The notes under the pieces are model-generated. The model ran no database searches and was not told where the DNA came from. It saw nothing but the letters and a program-made list of their open reading frames with translations. 64,000 nucleotides of DNA, from IMG/VR virus record IMGVR_UViG_3300000243_000001. One strand, written 5' to 3'. Shown here one piece after another: positions 8,878-18,919 of this stretch (its first letter is position 1; the number at the start of each line of letters is the position of its first letter). The translations under genes were made by a program, and so were the position numbers. This stretch comes from an uncultured virus (IMG/VR IMGVR_UViG_3300000243_000001). Taxonomy: Duplodnaviria > Heunggongvirae > Uroviricota > Caudoviricetes.

Positions 8878-10410
8878 TTATAGACCTTCACATTTATTGA
8901 TTTCCCGATACAATTTGGTGTTTAGTGATTGACGCTCTTGTTCAGAACAGTACACTACACCATCCATTTTGTCCGAAAAGTTAATGCATTCCGCATACTG
9001 ACCATTCTTAATGTATATCGGAACACTAATTGGTTGAACAAGATACTTTTTCATTCCTTGCTTATCTAACATTATCATTATGATTTTATCTTTAATTACT
9101 TTAGAGTCAAAGAATGTTAAATCATTAGTTAATGAATGTATTACTTGATGTTCGGGAATGTTAAAATCTGCAATCTCAACAGTAGTTTGCATAGTAGCAC
9201 TATTTTCTTGTATATATTGTTCTAATCCGATCCAACCAGCTTCATATTGCTTCAATTTTTTATTATTGATTATGACAACTTCGGAATCCATTAGTACAAA
9301 TGTACCATCAATGGCTTTACCATTCAGTTTAGTTATACCACCTTTGAGTCCTGCAATTTTGGTTGCTTCTAACCCAACAGCTATCTTCATCTTTGGAGTA
9401 AATTGTCGAATCACTTCTTCTAACAATTGACCACAATTCTTAACGACTGCTCGTTTATTCTGTAATTGTTTCGTCTTCTCCAATGGACAGAATATGAAGT
9501 TAGTTAATACATATGTTAAGTTGAATTTCTCTACCAGTGGTTGTAAGAATCGGTGGAATAATCTAGCACTATCTCCACCACTAAACGGGATTTTATTAAC
9601 TGTATCTAATGCAGTTGGCATAAACCCAATAAACATTAAATCTACAGGTTGTATACCTTTAACATTAGTATCGATAGATACCGATTGTCGACAGTTAATC
9701 TCACATTGTTTACATACATTTCTAGTTTCCATATACGATCGAATATTCGTTACATACGTTTGAATATCCGAACTTAATGATTCGAATGTACGTTGTGTTG
9801 ATGGAGCACCAGCTACAGTTACCTGACTTAACAAATCATTTTGAATGTTAAATTGGTTCTGTTGCATTGCACCAACTTTGGCATTAGCAGACTTACCACT
9901 AACTACTTCTTTCATATTCGTTAATCGATCTTCACCAATAAACCCATATTTATATAGAATAAATAAAGCGTTTAACTCTGCTTTGTTTGGTTTATCTGAA
10001 CCGATTTCAGCATAGTATGAATTCAAGATCTTAATGAAATCATCTCGTTCATTTTGTTGAAATCTACCATAATGTAATTTATTTGTATGGTTAATCTCGA
10101 ATAACTTACATATTAACATGATACTATAAAACCATTCGCGTGGTGGTATATTGCTGAAATCAAACAAACTATTCATATACTTATTGATATAGCTCATTAA
10201 CTTCGGGTACATCGATAATTGCGAAATAGTTCTATATTTCATATTATACAATGTTTGTTTGTCAGCCTCCATGATCGAATCTAGGATACGATCATTACCA
10301 CCGGATACTATGTATTTAGATAATAATTTAAGCTTAGCGAATTTATTATCTTTTTGGGATTTCGCTTTGATTCCCTTCGCCTTGTTCGATCGTACCACTT
10401 TTACAGCCAT
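8878..10410 (-). CDS. Multidomain protein with a degenerate family-4 uracil-DNA-glycosylase-like domain
   Basis: CKQC...DLMFIGFMP...PFSG...LTNFIFC...NC..LLEEVIRQFTPKMKIAVG follows the UDG-4 layout but GEAP is replaced by GFMP. Confidence 0.55.
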   Translation of the reverse strand: MAVKVVRSNKAKGIKAKSQKDNKFAKLKLLSKYIVSGGNDRILDSIMEADKQTLYNMKYRTISQLSMYPKLMSYINKYMNSLFDFSNIPPREWFYSIMLICKLFEINHTNKLHYGRFQQNERDDFIKILNSYYAEIGSDKPNKAELNALFILYKYGFIGEDRLTNMKEVVSGKSANAKVGAMQQNQFNIQNDLLSQVTVAGAPSTQRTFESLSSDIQTYVTNIRSYMETRNVCKQCEINCRQSVSIDTNVKGIQPVDLMFIGFMPTALDTVNKIPFSGGDSARLFHRFLQPLVEKFNLTYVLTNFIFCPLEKTKQLQNKRAVVKNCGQLLEEVIRQFTPKMKIAVGLEATKIAGLKGGITKLNGKAIDGTFVLMDSEVVIINNKKLKQYEAGWIGLEQYIQENSATMQTTVEIADFNIPEHQVIHSLTNDLTFFDSKVIKDKIIMIMLDKQGMKKYLVQPISVPIYIKNGQYAECINFSDKMDGVVYCSEQERQSLNTKLYREINKCEGL

Positions 10411-10445
10411 AGGTATACCCTTTTGAAATTATCGTATGGCTTAAT

Positions 10446-10456
10446 TATATCTATAT
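10446..10456 (-). promoter_or_regulatory. Candidate phage promoter motif ATATAGATATA
   Basis: Intergenic copy of a recurrent motif, 36 nt upstream of 8878..10410. Confidence 0.5.
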
Positions 10457-10477
10457 ACTTTTGACACCCATAGCATA

Positions 10478-12343
10478 TTATTTCAATGTATTGATATCTG
10501 TATATAGCTTCTTATCGATTTCAGAAATGAATCTACTTATTTTCAAATCCTTCATCCAACCACGTTGTTTACATCGACTAACATTCAATACATCAGCGGC
10601 TCGAGTACAGGCAACATAGAACAATCGTCGTTCTTCCTCAATCGCAGCATCATTTTTGCTTTCTTCAGCTTCACCGATTGAGCGATAATGAGGTAGTGTA
10701 CCTTCTTCTAATCCGATGACAAATACAACCTTAAATTCCAATCCTTTAGCTGCATGAATTGTCATTAATGTTATTTGTTGTGCTTCATCGACATGATCAT
10801 CAGGATTGATTAAAGCACAATCTTCAAGAAATGAAATCATATCATCGTATTGATGTGTCATGTTAATTAACTCCTTAACATTCATTACACGATCATCGAG
10901 TTCAGTATCGTCAGAAGACGTTTCTAAATGCTTATAGAATCCACTTTCTTTAATGAAGAATTCGAGTACATCTTTGAATGGTACTTGATGTGCTTTTTCA
11001 AACATCAACATTATACTATTCAATGTTTTATACGCTTTACCAGTATTGGCAGCAATAGTCATCTTTATTTTACTAACTAATGTATCGCCATTTGCAGCCA
11101 TGATAGTTTCAATAGTCTTTTTACCAACGCCACGTCTAGGACTTTGAACAAGTCTTTCGAAGGATATTGAATCATTGTAGTTATACAAGAACAATAAGTA
11201 TGACATTAAATCTTTAATTTCTTTACGTTCAAAGAACGAGATGTCGTTAACGATCTTATATGGTATTTTATTTCTATTAAATTCAGTTTCAATAACTCGA
11301 GACGACATCTTAATTCTGTAGAGAATTGCGATATCATTAAGATCAAACCCCTCGTCAATATATCGTTTACACGATTTAACGATAGCTGCTATTTCTTTAT
11401 ATTCATTTGTGAAATGAACAATCTTTGGTTTATTCTTTGTCTCGATATCAGAGAAACATGTTTTGTCAATCTGATTCTTATTATTCTTAATGATACTTTG
11501 ACCCAACGATACAATCTTATCACCACTTCTATAATTCTGCTCAAGTTTAAATGTCTGAGCACCTTCATAGTTACTGGTGAAGTTAATGAAGTACTTAGGG
11601 TCACTACCTCTGAAAGCATAGATAGCTTGATAATCATCACCAACTACTGTAATGTTATTTCCAAGCTCTTTGATCAGTAAATACTGAATATTATTAACAT
11701 CTTGATATTCGTCTACCAATACATATTGAAATTCATTGAAACAACGCTGTTTAAATTCAGCATTTGTCTTAATCAACCAGTATGCATGATATAAGATATC
11801 ATCAAAATCAAGAAAATTGTTTTCGCGCATAAGTTCATGATATGCACCATAGATCTGTTTACCCATGTCAATGTTTTTGAAATTAGCTTCTAAATGTTTA
11901 ACTGGATTTGGATAATCCTTACATCTAGAGATCATTCCCAACACTTTATTAACTTTAGCAGCTTCATTACTGACTCGCATATCTTTCAATACTTGTCGAA
12001 TAATAGTCTTCTGCTTAGACATAGATGTTATTGTAAAGTTGTCTTGATATCCAAGACTAACGATGTACGGTTTAATCATCTGAAGACATGCTGAGTGAAT
12101 AGTTCGTACCCAGCTTGGGTTGTTTACACCAATTAGTTGTTGTAAACGTGATTTCAGTTCTTCAGCAGCTTTGTTCGTAAATGTTACACAAAGGATCGAA
12201 TTCGGATTAATACCATGGTATTGCACTAAGTGTGCAAACTTATGAGTAATAACTCTAGTCTTACCAGAGCCTGCCCCTGCACCAACGATGCATGGCCCAT
12301 CTACGTATTCTACTGCCGATTGTTGCACTGGGGATAATTGCAT
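10478..12343 (-). CDS. uvrD: UvrD/PcrA/Rep superfamily 1 helicase
   Basis: AGAGSGKT, TFTNKAA, DEYQD, GDDYQAIYAFRG, LEQNYRS, TIHAAKGLEF, EERRLFYVACTRA; start at 12343 with GAGG RBS. Confidence 0.95.
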   Translation of the reverse strand: MQLSPVQQSAVEYVDGPCIVGAGAGSGKTRVITHKFAHLVQYHGINPNSILCVTFTNKAAEELKSRLQQLIGVNNPSWVRTIHSACLQMIKPYIVSLGYQDNFTITSMSKQKTIIRQVLKDMRVSNEAAKVNKVLGMISRCKDYPNPVKHLEANFKNIDMGKQIYGAYHELMRENNFLDFDDILYHAYWLIKTNAEFKQRCFNEFQYVLVDEYQDVNNIQYLLIKELGNNITVVGDDYQAIYAFRGSDPKYFINFTSNYEGAQTFKLEQNYRSGDKIVSLGQSIIKNNKNQIDKTCFSDIETKNKPKIVHFTNEYKEIAAIVKSCKRYIDEGFDLNDIAILYRIKMSSRVIETEFNRNKIPYKIVNDISFFERKEIKDLMSYLLFLYNYNDSISFERLVQSPRRGVGKKTIETIMAANGDTLVSKIKMTIAANTGKAYKTLNSIMLMFEKAHQVPFKDVLEFFIKESGFYKHLETSSDDTELDDRVMNVKELINMTHQYDDMISFLEDCALINPDDHVDEAQQITLMTIHAAKGLEFKVVFVIGLEEGTLPHYRSIGEAEESKNDAAIEEERRLFYVACTRAADVLNVSRCKQRGWMKDLKISRFISEIDKKLYTDINTLK

Positions 12344-13223
12344 TTCCGTCCTCACCGTATTGTACTGTATTTGAAAAATCGAATGGTAATCGTTTCAGTT
12401 CACATCCACATGCAGCTCGGTGTCCACCCCCACCGTACATAACTGCGATTTTAGACATATCCACATCATCGTGAGTTGTATAGAAAGAAATCTTCCAAAA
12501 CTTACCATGCCAAGAATATACCGAAAGTCCATCGTAAGTGCTTGGATCGATGGATTTAAACAGAGGGGAACCATACACTGTACTGTTAACTACACATACA
12601 CGTACACCCTCGAACCATATAATATTCGATTTATATTTTACTAGTTCTTTGTTCTTACGATCTTGATACTTATGCAATACGTCTCCAACCTGACAAATAT
12701 CATTGATCGTATTGGATGATACATAATTTGAATCTTCATGTAGCAATATGTTCCATACAGCACTGTCTGGTTTGTTTCCATCTTCAGTATTGCAAATTCC
12801 ATGAAAGAACATTGTTGTTTCTGGATCATGGTCGAATTGCCATATGTCCCAATCTGCAGTTAATACAACAGATCTTGGAGGTGCTATTCCTGGGTAGAAA
12901 TATTCCCATATTAATTCACATGCGGCTACACCATCGATCCGTACACCAGGTAGGTGGTGTGGAAATGCTGGATCTTCAATTGCAGTTTTATGATGATCGA
13001 ACCAATATACATCGGATGTACGCTCAAGCAATGCTTTCCATTCTTCTGCTTTTAAACTATAATCTACAATATATACACGTTCATTTAGTTCAATTTTGTC
13101 AATGGGTAGTGGCCAACCATATGTTATTCCATGAAATCGTACATTATCGTCGTCTTCATGGAACTTTTTTACAATGGCAGCTGAACACCATCCATCTGGA
13201 TCAGTGTGATGTAAGCATATCAT
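12261..13223 (-). CDS. DHH/DHHA1 family phosphoesterase
   Basis: HTDPDG, VDYS, FDHH and GGGGHRAACG motifs. Confidence 0.9.
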   Translation of the reverse strand: MICLHHTDPDGWCSAAIVKKFHEDDDNVRFHGITYGWPLPIDKIELNERVYIVDYSLKAEEWKALLERTSDVYWFDHHKTAIEDPAFPHHLPGVRIDGVAACELIWEYFYPGIAPPRSVVLTADWDIWQFDHDPETTMFFHGICNTEDGNKPDSAVWNILLHEDSNYVSSNTINDICQVGDVLHKYQDRKNKELVKYKSNIIWFEGVRVCVVNSTVYGSPLFKSIDPSTYDGLSVYSWHGKFWKISFYTTHDDVDMSKIAVMYGGGGHRAACGCELKRLPFDFSNTVQYGEDGNAIIPSATIGSRIRRWAMHRWCRGRLW

Positions 13224-13247
13224 AATAATTTTCCTATATCAGTTAAA

Positions 13248-13280
13248 AAAAGGGAGACCCGTCTATAGGATCTCCCTTTT
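13248..13280 (-). terminator. Rho-independent terminator (possibly bidirectional)
   Basis: AAAAGGGAGA...TCTCCCTTTT inverted repeat with T-runs on both strands. Confidence 0.7.
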
Positions 13281-13313
13281 CATTGCTCCGCCTGTGTGAT
13301 GAAAAATAAAATT

Positions 13314-13345
13314 CAATACGAGGGATTTTTACGTCCCCCGTATTG
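13314..13345 (-). terminator. Putative terminator hairpin after the HTH gene
   Basis: CAATACG.GGGA...TCCC.CGTATTG followed by TTTTATTTTT on the minus strand. Confidence 0.55.
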
Positions 13346-13364
13346 TTAAATCTGTACTGTAATC

Positions 13365-13913
13365 TTACAGTCCAGAGAGCAGATCATCAACAGCGGTATC
13401 AATGCTTGATCCACGACCAGCACCAGCTCCGCCACCAAATGGCTTCTCAGGGAGTTTTTCCTCGAGGAACTTTTGGAGCTTAGCTGCGGTAGCTGCATCA
13501 CCAGCACCAGTAGCTTCGGTGATACGCTCCTGAATACGCTCACGGGATTTACGAACGGTTCCATAAACCTGTTGACGGGTAAGACCCATCTCGACAGCCA
13601 TTTCGGATGTAGATTTTGTTGCATAGTTTTCGATGACATACTTACGTTCATCGGTAGTCATCTGACGATTTGGCTTCTTTCTTTCTTTCTTTCCGTCTTC
13701 ACCAACAACTTCACCTTCAACAGGTGCAGCAGCAGGAGCAGCAGGTGCTACAGCAACGGGAGCAACTCCAACAGGAGCAGCAGGAGCAGCAACGGGAGCA
13801 ACAGGAGCAGCAGCTTGAACTGGAGCAGCAGCAGCGGGAGCAGCAGCAGGTGCAGCAGCGGCAGGTACGGTATTTGCTTGTGGAGCAGTTGTGCTAAAAG
13901 GATTTGTGGACAT
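13365..13913 (-). CDS. HTH DNA-binding protein with Ala/Pro/Val-rich N-terminal tail
   Basis: KSTSEMAVEMGLTRQQVY helix-turn-helix; AGGAG RBS before MSTNPF; higher GC than neighbouring genes. Confidence 0.7.
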   Translation of the reverse strand: MSTNPFSTTAPQANTVPAAAAPAAAPAAAAPVQAAAPVAPVAAPAAPVGVAPVAVAPAAPAAAPVEGEVVGEDGKKERKKPNRQMTTDERKYVIENYATKSTSEMAVEMGLTRQQVYGTVRKSRERIQERITEATGAGDAATAAKLQKFLEEKLPEKPFGGGAGAGRGSSIDTAVDDLLSGL

Positions 13914-13944
13914 GATAAATCTCCTAAATAATTTACAGTTTGGG

Positions 13945-15750
13945 TTAAATACTATTTGCGTGTTCTTCTTGGGCAATAGCTTTGAACAAAGTGTTCAAAT
14001 TGAATCGATTGTCTTCACACAGACGTCTTTTCAGGTCGGTGTCAGTTATACAACGAATAATATTATCTTCTTCTTGTTTAGAAGCTGGCGGTGATAATAA
14101 ATATTCTTTAGGTGCATCACGAATAATAACTTCCAATTGATAAGGGCTCATTTCTCCGATTCCTTTGAATCGTACGATCTGGTGACCCGGATAATTTTTA
14201 GTATCATTAATGTCATACAATGGTATAAACTGCTTACCTTTGACGGCACCATACAATGGGGGTAGAATAACAGACACCTGTCTATTTTTAATCAGAGACG
14301 GAGCGTAATACCAAATTCCCATTGTTACGAGTACAACAATATGCAACCCATCAGGATCAGCATCACATAGTAGTTTCACATGATCATACCGAAATTTCTG
14401 TTGGTTTACATTTTTTAGGTTTACACCTAATACTTCCAATAAAAATTTGAACTTCTTACTCTGTACGGCCTTCTCAACGTTACTCTTAGCAACATTTAGA
14501 ATCTTACCAGATATTGGAAGTATAGCTTCAGTTTTACGATCTCGTATTTGAGATAGTGAACCATCTGCTGACTTTCCTTCCATGATATATAATATACCAC
14601 CTGGTGTGTCAAGACAGTCTTTAAAACCATCTTGAGCTGAGATGCGCTTTTTCTTTTTTGAGACTTGTTTAGCAGCTTTCGAAAAAGATTTTCGATCAGC
14701 TATTGTTTGAAAGATCTCTTTGAGATATGTACTAATGTTAATGATCTTCGCAACTTCTTTATCAGCATTGCTGAATAATCCATTCATATTGCGAGTCATA
14801 TTAGCTTTAGATTGACTATCAAATTCCATGTTCTGTGTAATTAAACTTACATAGGCACGGAGTTTTGTCTGAGCTTCAGACTTCGATAATCCATATTTCT
14901 TAATAACGCATCGGGTTAATAGTGTAATGAAATTCGTCAAATATGTACCTTTACATATATGCAAATTAACATCGCCTTCTACGATTGGTTGGTTCTGACC
15001 ATTCAGATCATAAGTGAAATAAATAGTAGCCTGCTCAATCGATGTAGGGTGTTTAACATGCAATTTATAAAGCTGCATATCATCGCGCAATCCGAGCTTA
15101 AACTTGGCAAATTGTTCTAGTGTACCTCTCGGTACAATATCACCATTAATAACAATTTCACTCTTCTCGAACTTAGATGTAACAAGACATGCACGTTCGT
15201 ACATCTTATGTATATTAAAGTCTTGAATAGTGAAGTACTCGGAATTTATTGTGAATTCAATACGTGTAGACCAATCGATATCTTGTACAACAGATGACTC
15301 TTGTCTAGTCAGAATTGAATTAACAAATTCATAATAGTGATATAGATCGTGTTGATTTCGATCTCTCACCGTAACACTTAAAAATGTCGAAAGGGCATTA
15401 ACTGCAACCAGTCCGACACCATGAAGTCCAATTGAATATGAATATGTAGATTCATCGAATTTTGCACCAGAAAACAACTTAGTACAAGCAACGATAATCG
15501 AATCTTTAACATCTCCACTTTCTAACTTTACACCATGAATCGGTATCCCTCTACCATTATCAGTAATAACTATATTACCAGGTGAAGGATTATCAATAGT
15601 GATACGAGTAGCAAAACCATTTGCCATTTCATCGTATGCATTATCTTCAATTTCACGAGCAAGTCCATCTGGACTAAATGTAGTACCGATGTACATACCT
15701 GGGCGAAGTTGAACATGTTCAATATCACCTAAGGATTTAATTTCATCCAT
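13945..15750 (-). CDS. Type IIA DNA topoisomerase, B (ATPase/TOPRIM) subunit
   Basis: EHVQLRPGMYIG, DNAYDE, DNGRGIP, GLHGVG, EGKSA, PISGKILN, DADPDG, RFKGIGEM. Confidence 0.95.
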   Translation of the reverse strand: MDEIKSLGDIEHVQLRPGMYIGTTFSPDGLAREIEDNAYDEMANGFATRITIDNPSPGNIVITDNGRGIPIHGVKLESGDVKDSIIVACTKLFSGAKFDESTYSYSIGLHGVGLVAVNALSTFLSVTVRDRNQHDLYHYYEFVNSILTRQESSVVQDIDWSTRIEFTINSEYFTIQDFNIHKMYERACLVTSKFEKSEIVINGDIVPRGTLEQFAKFKLGLRDDMQLYKLHVKHPTSIEQATIYFTYDLNGQNQPIVEGDVNLHICKGTYLTNFITLLTRCVIKKYGLSKSEAQTKLRAYVSLITQNMEFDSQSKANMTRNMNGLFSNADKEVAKIINISTYLKEIFQTIADRKSFSKAAKQVSKKKKRISAQDGFKDCLDTPGGILYIMEGKSADGSLSQIRDRKTEAILPISGKILNVAKSNVEKAVQSKKFKFLLEVLGVNLKNVNQQKFRYDHVKLLCDADPDGLHIVVLVTMGIWYYAPSLIKNRQVSVILPPLYGAVKGKQFIPLYDINDTKNYPGHQIVRFKGIGEMSPYQLEVIIRDAPKEYLLSPPASKQEEDNIIRCITDTDLKRRLCEDNRFNLNTLFKAIAQEEHANSI

Positions 15751-15876
15751 ATCCTACTCCAGATTAGTAAATACGGGAAGCCAAATAAAAATAATTGTTC
15801 ATGCTATGTATATAACAATAAAAGAAACAATAAAATTGTTTTGGCCTTAGCAAATTCTGCCCTTTCATTTATAATT

Positions 15877-15887
15877 AATATCTATAT
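15877..15887 (-). promoter_or_regulatory. Candidate phage promoter motif (ATATAGATATT)
   Basis: Intergenic copy upstream of the topoisomerase B gene. Confidence 0.45.
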
Positions 15888-15960
15888 GTAAACTTTGAAA
15901 AGAAATAAAAGTTTCAAATCATGCGTCAAATACTGTTACTATCTGATGTGTATCTCAAGA

Positions 15961-16818
15961 TCAAATATTATTTTGGCTGAGTCGACATAAAGACAGTATT
16001 GGATACAGTATGTATCGCAAATAAGCTCTAGGATCTAAATTCACTAATGCATCTAGTTTTCCAGAACTATTTAAGTATTTGCCGTTAATCAGATATAGAC
16101 GATTGATGTCATCTGTTAACGATCCTTGACGGAGTATCTGACAGTATTGTTTAGAGTATAAACGTTTAACCTCTGTTAACATTTCGTAGTCATATATACC
16201 ACCACCAAGGATTGTCGGGATAACTTTATCACATAGAAGCTTCGGTGGATCTTTATAGTCACCTTTAATAGATAACTCTTTACCGTAGGTAATGACACTT
16301 GTACGATTAAATCGTATAAAAGTATCGATTCGCCGTTCATGAAATGTAACTTGGTTTTTAACAACAAAGTCTACAAACGTATTACCATTCGAATCTAACT
16401 CTTCTTTTAATGTACCTAAGAACAGTACACCATCTTTAACATATTGAATAATGACAATATCTTCATATCTAGAATAAATGTAACCCATAACCAATATCTT
16501 ACTCCAGAGGTTAAGATCAGCGAGGTACGATACACCGTTCTTATCGCCTTCTCTCTTTAGGGTTATAGCTATGTGTTTATTACGCTCAAATTTATCTGGT
16601 AGCGCGAATATTGATTTAACAAATGCACTATCTTCACCATACATTAATCTACATATGGTTGGGAATGCTCCTTTAATATCAATTTCCATAACTTGTTTAG
16701 TTAAAACATTACTTTTAATGTCTTCAGCTAATTGATATGTAAATGGCGGACCTAGTGTCTTAAACTTTGGTTCAGTGACTATTTCAACGAACAACGGAAT
16801 TAAATCGTTTAAGTTCAT
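15961..16818 (-). CDS. Hypothetical protein, possible minimal polymerase palm-like domain
   Basis: EIDIKGAFPTI (motif A-like) and YVKDGVLF (motif C-like); function uncertain. Confidence 0.4.
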   Translation of the reverse strand: MNLNDLIPLFVEIVTEPKFKTLGPPFTYQLAEDIKSNVLTKQVMEIDIKGAFPTICRLMYGEDSAFVKSIFALPDKFERNKHIAITLKREGDKNGVSYLADLNLWSKILVMGYIYSRYEDIVIIQYVKDGVLFLGTLKEELDSNGNTFVDFVVKNQVTFHERRIDTFIRFNRTSVITYGKELSIKGDYKDPPKLLCDKVIPTILGGGIYDYEMLTEVKRLYSKQYCQILRQGSLTDDINRLYLINGKYLNSSGKLDALVNLDPRAYLRYILYPILSLCRLSQNNI

Positions 16819-16831
16819 TTCGTCTCAACAT

Positions 16832-17380
16832 TCATAATATTGGATTAGATACCTTTTTAATTGATTTGACTTGATCATTACGTATTACACTCGTAGCGAA
16901 AACATACTTATCAATCAATAGGTTACATGCATTAACCCGGTCTTCTTCTGGCATTTTTTGGATGTCAAAACATTCGGCTAATGATAAACGAGTTTGATCA
17001 TCCATCGTATGGTCACAAAGAGTCGTAACATATGTAGATAACCACTGGTATGGTAACAACTCAAATCGACTGTTGAAAGCCCGAGTTAAAGGAATTAAAA
17101 TGTCACGAAGCTCTAAGGTAAATTCCAGGAGATAGAGTTCTACCATAGGTCCAAATAGATCTTTAAAGTTAATATCTTCGATCTTTTTCCAGTCATTATT
17201 GTGGATTAGGATATCTAACGGGTGGATTGCAAGAGATTTTTTATCGAGAAAACATGGGTTTATACCATGAGTTATGATGACATTCTCAATGGTTTCGTTC
17301 TCCATATAATTTTCAAATGTTATAGCGCGAACATATTCTTCAATCTTTTTGATTGGGAATAATGCGTACATTGTAAACAT
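16832..17380 (-). CDS. Hypothetical protein
   Basis: 182-aa ORF with AAGGAG RBS. Confidence 0.7.
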   Translation of the reverse strand: MFTMYALFPIKKIEEYVRAITFENYMENETIENVIITHGINPCFLDKKSLAIHPLDILIHNNDWKKIEDINFKDLFGPMVELYLLEFTLELRDILIPLTRAFNSRFELLPYQWLSTYVTTLCDHTMDDQTRLSLAECFDIQKMPEEDRVNACNLLIDKYVFATSVIRNDQVKSIKKVSNPIL

Positions 17381-17404
17381 GATTAACTCCTTAGAAAAAT
17401 AAGT

Positions 17405-17432
17405 GAGGGGTGACCTTAATCGGTCACCCCTC
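17405..17432 (-). terminator. Rho-independent terminator
   Basis: Perfect 11-bp stem GAGGGGTGACC/GGTCACCCCTC followed by TTATTTTT on the minus strand. Confidence 0.8.
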
Positions 17433-17436
17433 GCGT

Positions 17437-18429
17437 TTAGATGTTAACTTCCACAATGCATTTTATTGATCGATACAAGAAATCTATATAATGAACATAT
17501 AAGCTGTGCTTATGGTCCATCGAAGATGAGAACTGATTAACGAGACTCTTAATTGGAAAGAACTGGATGCGATCCATCATCTGGTCATAGACTTCGTGAT
17601 AATCGATATTCTGATTATACTGGATAATCTCAACTAGTGATATATATTCTTTCGCGATGATACTACTTGCCGGTTGCATAACACATAATTTCTTAAGGTT
17701 AATATCTTGACACATTACTACCATCTCAATCATTTTCAAAGTCAGGTTAATGATCTCTTCTTCTTGTTCGGATTTCTGAAGTATGATCTTATCAAAATCA
17801 ATTTGATTATTCAATGCATTAACTTGCAAAGTATTAATAAGATCTCTCAATCCCATACCGAGGTTTCTATCTACGAACATTCGGAGTTTATCGGGATCGT
17901 GTGATATGTTCTCTTCGTTTAATATCTGAACTAAACGTAGGAAAACACCATCGTTATTAGTACAAGTCAGGTTAAATTGGAATGTAAAACGAGTTTGGAG
18001 TGCGTGATCAATTCGGTTAAAGTGATTTGTAGTACAGATAAAGATTACGTATTCTTGGAACTTCTCCATCATACCATCTTTAAGTGTACCTTTAGCTTCA
18101 TTCGATAACTTATCGAATTCCTCAATATACACAATTTTCTTTTTAGATCCAACTGGTCGTTTTTGTAACCAAGGAGCTAGTTCATCAATGTCCTTTACAG
18201 AACGTTTGACAATACGATTTAAATCATGTTGACTTTTGATACATGCTCGTATCAACAGTTCAGCTAGAGCTGTTTTACCAGTTCCAGCTGGACCAAACAA
18301 TACGACGTTTGCTGGTATTTGTTCAGCATTGATCCATTCAATTGCAGTAGTTCTCTGTTCTGAAGACTCGAAAACATATTGTTCTACATTTTGTGGTTTG
18401 TGGCGCATAAACCAGCTGATATTATTCAT
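17437..18429 (-). CDS. Clamp loader AAA+ subunit (RFC small / T4 gp44-like)
   Basis: WFMRHKPQ (W..KYRP-like), GPAGTGKT, IEEFDKL, TTNH, ALQTRF (SRC-like). Confidence 0.85.
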   Translation of the reverse strand: MNNISWFMRHKPQNVEQYVFESSEQRTTAIEWINAEQIPANVVLFGPAGTGKTALAELLIRACIKSQHDLNRIVKRSVKDIDELAPWLQKRPVGSKKKIVYIEEFDKLSNEAKGTLKDGMMEKFQEYVIFICTTNHFNRIDHALQTRFTFQFNLTCTNNDGVFLRLVQILNEENISHDPDKLRMFVDRNLGMGLRDLINTLQVNALNNQIDFDKIILQKSEQEEEIINLTLKMIEMVVMCQDINLKKLCVMQPASSIIAKEYISLVEIIQYNQNIDYHEVYDQMMDRIQFFPIKSLVNQFSSSMDHKHSLYVHYIDFLYRSIKCIVEVNI

Positions 18430-18919
18430 TCGGAATGTCCTTACAATATGGACAATCTTCAGCTTTCCAAGTGTTAATTGGCACTACACTGGTGATATTT
18501 ATTCCTTGTAAGAATGAAATTCCAGTATAGTTAGCAACACAAACAATAGCTTTGATTGGTCCGGTAACGGTTGCAAATATCGAATTGATATCATCTAACG
18601 TTTCAATTACTGACAATACAACGATAGAATCACCTTCAATCACAGAATCTTCAATGTTACCAGGTGAATAGAAGTTGGCTTTAAACATTAATGATAATGG
18701 ATATGATATGAGTGTTGCTATAGGTGAAAGCGCAACAATGTTATCAAATTCAAAATCTTTAATATTATTGAATAGTGCCAAATTAATCTTATCCGCAATC
18801 TCACGAGTATATACAAAATTCTCTCTTACAAGATTATCTGTATGTACTCTAACGAGATTAAAGTGACCATGATTAATGCACCCTGCTTCGATCATTTCTG
18901 TAATGATATCAGTATTCAT
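18422..18919 (-). CDS. Degenerate orotate-phosphoribosyltransferase-like protein
   Basis: GCINHGHFNL N-terminus and WKAEDCPYCK C-terminus resemble PyrE; PRPP loop is degenerate (VVLSVIETLDD). Confidence 0.5.
   Translation of the reverse strand: MNTDIITEMIEAGCINHGHFNLVRVHTDNLVRENFVYTREIADKINLALFNNIKDFEFDNIVALSPIATLISYPLSLMFKANFYSPGNIEDSVIEGDSIVVLSVIETLDDINSIFATVTGPIKAIVCVANYTGISFLQGINITSVVPINTWKAEDCPYCKDIPNE

Noticed and set aside
12261..12343. 83-nt overlap between the DHH gene end and the uvrD start
   Set aside because: Most simply a stop-codon drift giving a non-conserved tail; no sign of a functional fusion
13346..13931. Overlapping ORFs with poly-Q or poly-S products
   Set aside because: Alternative frames of the Ala/Pro repeat in the HTH gene
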